Positions 12,901 to 24,900 of a stretch of 64,000 bases of DNA are shown here, piece by piece. This stretch comes from Phoronis australis (lineage: Eukaryota > Animalia > Phoronida). Every line of letters begins with the position of its first letter. Within the stretch, counting starts at the first letter, position 1. Below the pieces are notes generated by a model that ran no database searches, was not told the origin of the DNA, and saw only the letters and a list, made by a program, of their open reading frames with translations. The stretch spans positions 901,755 to 965,754 of the forward strand of contig NMRA01000001.1 in the NCBI GenBank assembly GCA_002633005.1, in the 5' to 3' direction. The translations under genes and the position numbers were made by a program.

Positions 12901-15900
12901 CAGTGTACTGATACTAGACTTCATTCACGCAGCCAACACCATCATCGCCAACACGGACATGAAGGAGGTGTGAAAATTAAATCGGTTTTTTACCACAGTG
13001 AGATTAAAAACCGGACGATCTCCGCACAAATAAAAAAGTTCATAATTATTGTTCAGTCAACGTTATTCATGCAGAGCTCAGTGACCCTGAAACTATGGTG
13101 ATGACCAGCTACTGACTGTATTCCCTGTATCTCTCACTTCACTTTATGGATGTTACCTGAGCTGTATGTTGGCACTTGCTGTCCTTTGTAAATATTATCC
13201 TGATGATGTCTAATGAATAGACGAAACGTTGATTGAACATGAACTTTTTTATTTGTGCGACGATCGCCAGGTGCAAAAATGTTACACTAGTCATTTTGCT
13301 CAACACGTAGGTGTCTTGTAGGAAAGGTCAAATGCTCCTTGACAAATACCTTCAATTGTATGTGATACATTGCTGATTGGTAGAAGAAAGTTTGGGAGAA
13401 CTTTGGATGCTGAGGGCTTGCTGAGCTTGCACTACACATAATTAGGAATTGTAGTGTGTTATCAAGTGTTATTGAGCGTTTCAGTGGATGGTCAAAAATG
13501 GCTAACTTTAAAATGTGATAAAATGAATCAGTTTATTAAAGTCATAAATTACACCTGTGATACATCAAATTCAATGATTGTGGTCAGAAATCGATTGAGG
13601 ATAATTTTGTTGCGGATATGTTCAAGTAGTTGTTCAATTTTTTTCTGATGGTGGAAATGTTCTTTTTCCGGTTTTCGAGAAACAAACATGATGTGCAGCA
13701 AGTTATTGGCAAAACAGAGCTGTGGCGTAATTAAGCATAAGGCATTTGAGCTGATTAAGAAATACCTTTCCTATTCTTTAGACTCCTCGTAAAGAGGCCG
13801 TCTCCTTGTTGGGCGCCTATCTCTGCTTCCCCAACCACTTTGGCACAATGCCAGTGCTGCAACCCAATGCAGTTGACCTCAGCCTGATGTCGTGCGCCGA
13901 CACCAAAGACCACATCATCACCATACTATTGAAGGCTGGGAAGAAGGAGCCGTCCAGTCCAGCAAGGTATCAACATTGGTCGTGTTTTCAACAGGGAATG
14001 TTTTTAAAGGAACCCAAGAAGGCTTGTGACACCACTGTTCACTGTATCAAGGCTTAGTTTGGATTATAAAATTAATACTAACATATTTTATGAATTGCGC
14101 CTTAATTTGTATCTACCTGCTGTCGTTCTTCAGTGCACTGTGGTACAGTTGTCAATCTGTAAACATCTGTAAACATCTGTGATATCATAGATAACTTAGG
14201 AACGTGTAAACAATGAGCATACCAGTATTGAAAGCACGGGTCAATTGCAACATACTCTCTGGGACGAGTACGACTAGGCAAAGTGTAACTAATGAATATA
14301 GATTTGACACTTTGTCTACTTCTCTAGGTGTATAGCTCTGTGTAGTCTGGGTATTTATGTGTATGAAGAACTGCTACATAACACTCTACACTGCAAGATG
14401 AAGGAGGCCATCAATGTGCTGTTGGCTAGCTTGAGGGTGAGTGTTGATGGGGATGGATTTTTCACCGCAAGTGCAAGCTAATGTCTTGCGTTCTATGGAA
14501 CTTAGCCCTGTTAGTGGGGTGGTGGGTGGGTTATTGAAACCCTGTAGTGGTGTTAAAACCTGAGGGCATGACGGTTGGAGTAGTTTTGAAATCTTGGAGG
14601 TTTGGTTTGCTTCTGAAACATTGAGTCTGGGTTTTGAAATCCTGAGGCAGAATGACCGACATGGTTTTGATGTTAGCTTACTGAGTGTAGGTTCTAGAAA
14701 CGTTGAAACTGTAGTGGTAGATGGGGTTTTGAATCCTCGAATATGGTATGGTAGGTTTGGTTTGGTAGAATAATGGTGGGCCAACTGGGCTGTTCGATAA
14801 GCTTTTAATATCTTGTTTTAGTGTTATGTACTTCTGTGTCATCTGCGTTATCACCACGACAATATCTTATTTGTTTGTCTTGTCATCTCGTCGAACTCTA
14901 TATATAAAGCACATAACATAACATCACAGTTAACATCAATCTTTATTCAAGGTTAACAGCAATAGAAATACAACGGTAGGCACTGACATGGCCGTGCAGG
15001 TCAACCAAGGAGTTTCACTTATGCCTCACTAAATCACGGAACATCCCATACTAGCTTGCTTGCTTGCTTTCACCTGTCAATTACTAGCTGTGGGGAAGAT
15101 GATGAGTGTATTAGAGAGCCTGAATATGATTAAGGTTATCTTAAGGACCTTAATAAACAATCTCCACTTTAAGTCAAACATCGAAAAACTATGCTTCGTC
15201 AATCATTAAAAGTTCAATATTTTATGAAAGGAGAAAGATCGAGGATTCTGTAATATGCTTTTTACTACTGTGTCTTTATTATTGTCGTGTGACCACATTT
15301 TTAATTCTAATTTTCATGTGCAAGAAACTAAGGCCTGTAAACTTAGGTAGATTCATAGCAAAATAACCCCCCAGCCGATTTAAATTTTTTAAATGAAAAC
15401 TACGTTACGTCCCAAAAATGCTGTTAGGAATTTTAGTTAATTTGGCATAAAACGTGAACTAAGCGAATATGGTTGTTTTGGTATGAATGTACCTTGGTTT
15501 CTTGCACATGAAAATTTGACTTATGAAGTTCAACGTGGTCAAGTGACAATAATGAAGACACAGTAGTAAGAAGCATATTTTAGGATTTTTTAGAATCCTC
15601 GATCTTTCTCCTTTCAGAAAATATATTCATACTTATAATGGTTGACAAAGCATATTTTTTCGAGGTCGTTCATTAAGTCCTACATAACCTTAATATCAGG
15701 ATGTGAATGATCTATCTGAAATTTTTGAACTTCTTTAGAGTGACGTCTTTCCCACTTAATAAGTAGTCTTCTAAATGCCTAAATTTGAAATGTCAAGATT
15801 GCTTCTTTGTTTTTAAAATTCTGAGTCATCAAAAGCTTTGCGCAAAGCATTGTTAAAATGAAGCGCATTGATTTTTCTTGCACTATTGCCTGTGTCAGCT

Positions 15901-18900
15901 CATTGTTGGCAGAGCATTTTTTTGCCTGTGTCGCAAGGATCTCTTTTTGATTCTCAGTGTAGCCTTGACTGTAAAATATTTCATTCACTCACCTAGATGT
16001 ATTTAGTGCCTGGCACTCACTAACAGTTACCGCCCAGTTTCATTCAAATAGTGAAAGGGTCATTAGCTCATTTAGCACAAGTGTTTGTTTTGTTTCGTTT
16101 TAAGCATTCATCAGTATCGCCATGGTTTTGTTGCAGTTTCGAAATAAAGTTAATATTTTGTCAATTTGTTTTAAAGCAGCTGTTTTATGTCACAAATGAA
16201 TTCAATGTTGAGTGAAAGGCCTAGTCACGTGTATTTCTTGTGTTTTGATGCAATTCTTGTTTTGCTTGGAGTTGCATTTTTTTTGAAAGAATTGTTTTAG
16301 TAAATAAATAAACCATGTTCACACACAGCTTTCAGTTATTGTACTGTTTCCATGGTTGAGATGATGGATATTACTTTTGACATGTTGAACAATCATATAA
16401 TTGGTAATTTATTTTAGTGAGAGATTTTACTATAATTTGCACCTTCAAAAAGTACAGTCAGTACTTTGACTAATGATTGTAAGCCAGTTACGGACTCGAC
16501 TGTGCTGTTTGCTGGCAAAATAATTGGATTCTGGTAACGCAGGTGAAGGACTTAGTCGTATCTATAAAGACCATCCTGTAGACTATATGTTCCAGTATGT
16601 GTACAGAGGTCTTTGGTCTTTGTCTAGTTTCTTGAAGTATGGATGTGCTGTGTGAATTGTAAAACAAAGATTTCGTGTTCGTCAGAAACCAATGTGTGTA
16701 TCCATGGCAACCATTGTATGTATCCATGGCTGTAACGACTTGCGCTTGATTCATTACAGTTCAACAAGAAGTCTGTGGCCCAGATCGCCTCAGACATGCT
16801 ACAGCTGCTCTGTGACCTGGCCTCGCAGTTGATGACCCATCATCCAGATCTACCAAAGAAGATCATCGACGTAAGTAACCGCCATTGTGGAAGCATCGAG
16901 CTGGCTCACGTGCACTGATAACGCTAGTCGCTTATAAAACGCGAGCAGCGATACGTCTTAGCTTGTGTCTCATCGTGTGGGTTTTATGCATAATTTACTG
17001 GATGTGAGTGTAATTTTTGCTCTCCAGGTGGCCATCTAGTCACATTCTGTGGTAGGGTTTTGGTCGTTGTGTAAGGTTGTACAGTATTGCCCGGCAGTAG
17101 AGTCTGTGTGCCTAGTTATGGAGTTGCGCCTAATTGCGGAATTTAGGCGAATGCGCCTATATGCGGGACATTTGAGTAAAACTTGCCCCGAGTTAGTATT
17201 GTCTTATGGATCATCATGACTTAAGGTTATCTCAAACCTTATTTAGTGGCCTCCATTCTAACTCGTATATTAAAAATAACTAAGCTTTGTCAACTATTTT
17301 CTGAAAGAAAAAAGGTCAGGGAATACAAAAAATACTTTTGTACCATATTTTTACGTAAAAACCTTTTTTAAGTCAAAATTTCATTTTTAAGAAAGGTACA
17401 TTACATAGCAAAATAACGCCTAGGTCGATTTTAACGAGACGTTTTTTAAATGAAAATTTCACCTGTTACTTCAAAAACACTGTTAGGAATTTCCAATTAA
17501 AAGGTCTTTTCGTTTGGTTTCTATAGCAAATCAACTCGCAAAATGTCAGGTATTTTTTGTAAAAAGTTAAGTCGTATTCATTTTTGTTACATTATGCCAA
17601 AACTAGGCTTTTATATCGAAAGTCCTAACAGCATTTTTGAGATTGATGACTAAATATTAAGTTTGGAAAGTTTCAGCAAAATCCACCGAGCCATTTTCAA
17701 GAACTTGTGTTCCTAAGTTCAAGTAAAGTCAATTTTGCTGAAGCCGAGAAAGTGCCGATTAAACTGGGACGAGTGAAAATCTCAAAGTCTTCGGTTAGAT
17801 ATTTGGTGAAAACTTTTTTTCGGTACACATAACCAATACAAGCCTTAAGTATGTTAGGTATTTCAACATTCACTTGCAATGTCAACTGATTTTGCATTAA
17901 GTAATTAACTTAATTATTAGTAAAATGTACCGTAGCCTATACACGTCATGTGGTAGGAGACTGATACGGAACCAAGTAAGAAATGGATAACAAAAATCGA
18001 ATCGGTGGTTAAAGCATGTCGTTAGCGTGAGATCGAAACATCGAAATGTCAATTTATTAATTGAATGAAGGAATTAGGGTGAAGATTTATCTCTTTTCAC
18101 AAGCTGCTGTGTTCATGTCCACAGAGGCCTGAGGCGACTCGTAGCATTCGTTTTCAACGCCAATTGTCGTATGCATGTAGACCCACAAGTTCCTTAGGAT
18201 CAAAACAACGTTTTGTCTTTGTTTTCCCGTGCACCATTCTATCATAAGTACACCTCGTTGACTCAATGTCATGGCGTCTTTGTTAATGAAAGGACTGAGG
18301 GTATACGAAGATGTTCTGTACCTGGCGGGAGATTCTATTTGATGATGGAAAGCCCTTTAACCTTTGACCTCGGATAAGTTGTAAACAAATATCTACACGG
18401 TTGCGCGGTTCCAAGGTGGTTCTGCTAATCTTTTTTTCTCGCCACACGATATACATTTTGTATTTAAACTTCACCGAGAATGAAGATAAGGTTTTTTGCT
18501 AGACACGTGAAATATTGTAAAAATGGCCAATTTTTGTGAATAAGGTTTGAGATATCCTTAAGGCTTTCTTAAAAATAAACCTCTGGGTTTTAAAACTATA
18601 ATAGCTTTTTAATATTTAACTTTTTCTGACCATATCATTTCACCCACAGAGTGCCACTGACTCCGCACGCTCTTTGAAATAAAACTGTTCGATTTATAGT
18701 TTATTTTTTTGAAAAAATGAAGTTGCACCCATAATGGGAGAACTGCTTGCACCTGACGACTGAACTTCCTTGGCATTTGTGCCTTTATAAGAAAATACCA
18801 CATTGTTCTGTATATTGGCGCATGCGCTTATTTTTTGGTTATATGGTAAGTAAGGTTGGTTGGTGATTGGTGAAAAACTATTGACATGTTGCCTAATAGC

Positions 18901-21900
18901 TTTACATAAGTTTGCACAATCCTGCTTGAGCACTTCCTTTTTGTCATCATATGTACAATTTCGTTATATTGTGGCTAGGGGAAAGCAGGGAGTCTCACGA
19001 TAGGCAAATAAAGTAGTACATGAACAAGATAAAAGTAATTATGGTACTTCTGTTGCAGATTATTGTCACAGCAATAATGTCATTGCTGCCGTGTGGCGAG
19101 ACAGGCTACTCAGAAGACAATCGCAAGGTATGACCTCGTTGTTCTATGGTGTGCAGTTTTTAACTTAGTAGTTGATTTTTCTGAATTGAGATGTGTTTTG
19201 AGGAAATTTGTAGAAGTGAAATTATTTTTGAATATTGAAGCTTTCGTTTAGTGTACAACGTGCTACAGTACAAGACAAAAGTAATCCGACACAATACGGT
19301 TGTTTTTGTAGCACAACGGCTAATTCTGTTACCAGCGAAAAGTTGTGGTTATAACTAGTAGGTCAGCTCTGATGGTGTACTCTGCTTCTGTCCAGCCATC
19401 ATAACTAGGAATTACTGACTTGACTTGTACTGTATGTGGAACCAATGATTTTCTTTCCTTGCACTGGTGAAAGTTGTTTAAGAAAGTTTTTGCTACAGCT
19501 ATAGAGGAAAAACATTGATGGAGTTTATTAGACATTTATTCGTGACTTTCTGAATGATGAAAATTCATTGTGCAAGGCATTGTTTTTCACTTAATTGAAT
19601 AGGTTTTTGGCTAGGTTGTTGGACAATTGTCTGCTGTATTTCTTTCACCCGATCAATCCATGTATTTTCTCACATCAGCGTTTACTATGATGTCTATTTT
19701 GAAACGTCTCGTTGTTTTCCTCGTCAGCTGGTGGTGTCCATGTTCTTCTGTCTCGTCTCTTGGTGTATGAGTGTCCCAGCCAATGTACTTTTTGAGGAGA
19801 ACTGGGCGACATGTCTACTGCAGCGTGTGTTCAGGGTGAGTATATGTCAGTAACTACTTAAAGTTCACGTCTCCTGGTGTACGAGTGTCCCAACTGAATG
19901 AGGAGAACTGGGCGGCCTGTCTACTGCAGCGCGTGTTCAGGTGTTTTTTTGTCAGTAACTTTGGTTTCTTCTAATTGGTACACACCTGTGGCGGAACAGG
20001 CAAATTTTCGACAAGATTTACCAAAATGATACTAGCTTTACTTAATTATTTGAAAACTAGAGCTAGACACATGATGAAATTTTGAACATTTAGCAATACA
20101 GTGAGCGTTTGAAAAACTGTAAAGTAACATTTTTTCAAATTTAAGGAACTTTTTACAGTACTTTAATTTCTTATTACTTTGTTTTATTTACAAAACATTT
20201 ACTGATGGACATTATCAGACTGAAACAATTCTCAGCTGCATGGATGAGGTAAAGTCTTGTCAATTGACTTTTGGCATCAAAAATAAGATTCTAATGGATT
20301 TTTGGCATCAAGGCTATATTTTGTTACAGTATGTCAGACTCTGTTTTAATTTTGATGACTGTTTCTGCTATTCATTTCCTTCTTTGTGTTACCCAGGTGC
20401 TCAGTCTGGCCGTTCTTGGCACTAGTGGGTCTGGAGTACATGCCAAGACCAGTGCTGCCCTCTCTGCTGAACTCTACAACAAAGCGTTGGACCTGGACAG
20501 TGATGACATGTCGAGCCCTCCAGCATCACCAAAGAAAACTAGGGATGTGACAGGCGACGGAGACATCGACGAGGCGACGGAGTCCCGTCAGCTTGGTTTT
20601 GAAGTACCTCAACGAGACAATGACTCGATAAAGTTGGCTGCTCAGGCAGTGAGTGATTCATTATTAGATGATTTGTCTCAAGTTTTAAGTGATTGTGAAT
20701 GCTGTCATAGCATCGGCTGAGTTCAACAACTGTAACCTGATGCATGGCATGATGCCATTGCAGCAATCAAGTGGATAATTTTCATGAAATGGCACCCTGG
20801 CTTCTTTGGAAAGCGGTTTTTGTGTGCATACTCTCAGGAAAAACAGGATGTTGGGGTGCTTTGGCAAATTTTTAGCCTTAATTGATTTTTTTTACTACTG
20901 AGCATTGCTTACAAATAGTAACGTGGATGGGATCAAAGAGTGAACACAACGAGTTATTATGGACCCACTTATTTATATGTGGTCACATATTGCCGTCATC
21001 TCTGTCTGGGCGTCCTGTGTCCGGCGTCCACAGCTGTATCTCCTAAACCCCCTCACAGGATCTTGATGAGATTTGGCAGATGTGTTCCTATGAAACTGGT
21101 GACGAATGACGACGAATTTCGGATCTATCTGACTGTCTGTGTACCCCCTGGTGGCAAATTTAGTTTTTTACGTTTACCTCTGTATCTTCAGAGGTCCTCT
21201 GTGGATTTTCATAAAATTTGGCGGTTAGGCACCTATTAGTGAGATGATGCTATCCTCCCGTTTTCAGATGGATTCAAGGTACTTTGCGCTACCTAGTGGC
21301 CATTTTCACTGTTTTTGAAAATTGGCATAATTATGTTTTAGTGTCAAGAGTGTGGCTGATGTTGATTTTCCGACGACTTTGACTGCTGTGGCGCCTCCTA
21401 GTGGCAGTTTTTGTTTGTTTTTGCACCTATGGCTATATCTCCTAAATGCTCTACAGGATCTTTACTGAATTTTGCTTGTGTATTTATTTGAAGTTGACGA
21501 CAGAGGACGATGACTTTCGGATGGATCGGACTACCAGTAGGCCCCCCAGTGGCAATTTTATTTTTTTCTGTTTACCTCTGTATCTTCAAAGTCCACAATA
21601 GATTTTTCATTAAATTTGGCAGATGGGCACCTATTATTGAGGTGACGCTATCTTCCAGTTTTCAGTTGAATTCAAGGTTTTTTGCACCACCTAGTGGCCA
21701 TTTTTACTGTTTTCAAGTTTGTTTTTTGGCATCTGCCCCTCTGTCAACCAAACCTCTTAAAGGGTGATTGTGGAAATTGGCATGTATGTTCCTAATATGA
21801 AGAGGAGGGCTGACGATGATTTTCCGATGACCACGACTACTGTGGCCCCTCCTAGTGGCAGTTTTTTTACGCCCGTGGCTGCATCTCCTAAACCCTCTGC

Positions 21901-24900
21901 AGGATCTTCATTAAATTTAGCAAGTTTACTAATTTTTATTAGCTTTGACCAGAACTACAAAATGACAAAATTCATTGTCTGTAATTTTATAGCAAGCCAT
22001 CAATTCTTGCCATTGACTGCCCGCCGTTTGCTGAAAACAAGGCCAGTGACTTCATCAGTTAAATACCCTTTAAAATTCTCTGACTGCCATTTATTGAGTG
22101 GGATTTAGCTCTGCCAGAAAAACACTGTGCTGCCTTAGCAGGGTTGTGAATTTGAATCCTGACTTTTATCTCCGTTGAGGTTGTTTTAAGTAACGCAGAA
22201 ACAGTACTGTTACAGTTGTAGACAAAAGTTTTGCGCTGACCCAAATTTTGCAATTTTCTCCAATTTAGGCACTGTGTCACCTGGTGAACCACTTGGGTCA
22301 GTTCCCTCTGGGCACATGCGCTGCCCAGTTTCTGACCGAGATCCAAGAACACCATGACCTCGATCACCTCTTCTTGGATGAGCTACTTCCCGACATCTTC
22401 AACTCACCCTCAGTCCAATTCTTTGTACTTAATAACCAGCTGCTAATCTCTTTTGTGGAAATTCCTCACTTGGTAAGTGATGGGAAATGCGTTGAAATTG
22501 TTTCATCATTCGTTGACGTTAAATAATGGACTCAATAATTATGTTGAAGTAATTTTTTGAAATTCATTGATTTTTAAGTTTATAGCAAGTGTCTGATATT
22601 GTTAACCACGATTTTGTAGCTTCAGCAGCACTCGACAATTAGCTAAATGTCAAAGTGCATTTGGTGACCACGCCAAAACCCCAGGTCACCAAACAAAATC
22701 TGAGGTCGCCAAACTAAGTGAACTGAAAGATCTCTGGTGTCAAAATGAATTCTGAGGGCTCCTATCCAGTGTCAAAATGTAACTATTTAAAGTTTGAAAG
22801 TCAACACGATCTTTGAAACAAATCTCGAGGGTATCATTTTCTGACATAGATACTTGCAGTGGCCAGACACTATCTGAGGTCAAGCGCTGTTCAGCAAACA
22901 CCACGTAATGTGCTCTTTTGAAATCTTTCAGTTATTCAATGATTTTGAAGAAACTAATGTTTTTTTCTTGATTTATTGAGGCAGTTCTGTCAAATCTACT
23001 CCACTTTCTCTTAACAAAATGTTGATGTACAAAAGAATATCAAAAATGAAATGTTTGTGCTGCATGTGAATTAATGGTTTGTTATGGCATGTTGCTATAT
23101 TGCATCCCACTGCTTTCAGCACGAGGAGGAAAATTGTCCGTCTGCTGGACTGACCACAGCCAAGTCCGTGTGCCGGGTTATTATACGCGATGTTGGAGGC
23201 AAGCACAGCTGGGACAGTGCCATATTATATGGGCCACCACGGTGCAGGGCAGGCTCCTACCCCCAGGGTGAGTGATGGAGTTGGGGCGTGGTGGTCGTAG
23301 GTTGACTGCATGGCTTTTTATTAGGTCCAGTTACTTTTTTACTGGTCTCACAGGATTAAGATTAGAACGCAAGCGTAATTTAGTGGTAATGGCATAATTA
23401 ACGGCACTTAGAATCTAATTTTATGTTTCTCTGTGAATAATGGAATAAAGAAAGGGAAAAACGTGGAGTGAATGATGTCTTTAGTGAGTGATGTTCACGA
23501 ACATTTCGGTAAATTATTAGTAATACGTTTTTGATGTTTTCATAATCTTTAGTGCTAGAATTTTTTTTGGATGTGCAAATTAAAGTGTATACACAATTTT
23601 CTGTTCAGCCGCAAAGAAACAACAATCGGTTATCATGCCACTGCTTTTGGATATTTTGATTTTTGTTTATATTCAAAAATATAATATTTTCATCTAAGAA
23701 ATCACTTATTGGAATTAAAAAACATTCCAAAGCTTCATATTTACAATAAGGATCCTTTACTTTAAGTCTAGGAATGTCTTTTGCATGATTTAACAGAACT
23801 TACCGAATGACATCTTTTGCATGGACAATTTGACCCGAGCACTTCTCTCTAAGTCCGTTTTCTCCACAAACTCTTGCTGGGTTTGGTCATAAATCCATTG
23901 TTTGTACTGGTGGCATGATTATTATCTAGGTGAATATTGCGTCTTGCATTTATGTCTGTCATCCTTGCAGTTTGGCTGGACAAGCTGCGTCGAGGTAAGA
24001 CCGATGTAGTCGCACTTTGTTTTTCTCTATACCAGGACAGAGTTTTGTAGACGCAAGAATCTTGCTGAGGAAGCTAGTGTGATCATGCGCTTGGCTTGGA
24101 CACAATGCGATATCTCGTGTGTTTGTGTGTTGCGATATCTCGTGTGTTTGTGTGTTTTTGCAAGATTCTCGCCTCTACAGATCGCACGCCTGATCTTTGT
24201 GTGCCCTAAGTTTGACTTCTCTCAGGACTCGGTGTCCATCATCTTTGTGGTCGCGAGTGACTACTTGGGCGTGTGAGTGTGTGCTTCAGTTCACTTGCGA
24301 GTGAGCAATATTTCCCTGCCTATCTTCCATGTCTTTACTCCCTTAGATGTCCTGCTTATCTCCTTGTTTTGTGTATCATGAGTTCCTTCTAGGCACTTAC
24401 TCTTCCTTGAAACCAGTCATCTTAGTTCTGTCATGGGAAGCTTGGTTTTCTCTTTTGTTCTCTGGATTACAGAAAATGTTGGTGTGTTTTTAAGTGTATT
24501 TCTTTTTGCTTCATTGCAGCTGTGTGGAACAGCCATAGGTGGAAATGCTTCAGCTCCCTTTTTCTTGTTGATCATTCTGTTTTTTATAAAAAATATAAGG
24601 TACTGACACTAATTGCCTTTATGCATTTGGTCTGTCTAGCCAATGAAACGTAGTTTTTCAACCAGTTAACTTTTTCTGGTGTCTTTCAACTCGTTTTCAG
24701 TTTGTGAAGTGCCAAAAATCTTTTCTTATAACACTTTTCTACACCTTCACTAAAATTTTCGATTTAGAATAGTATGGTTGTAGCCACTTCTTCAGCACAA
24801 GCCAAAAGTATTCAGTCAAATGGACCTGGAATTCCCGTCATGACGGCTGGGCAAAGGCTGGATTCATAATGGCCGAGTACGAGGGAGAGTTAATATGAAA

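Noticed and set aside
16085-16115. Minus-strand CTGATGA...GAAAC hammerhead-like core
   Set aside because: No proper stem II, stem III or UH cleavage site. Similar partial cores at ~16680, ~40515 and ~48825 also fail.
20956-21935. CRISPR-like interpretation of the periodic CCTAGTGGC motifs
   Set aside because: Eukaryotic intron, spacers homologous to each other, no cas genes; this is a subrepeat-containing transposon.
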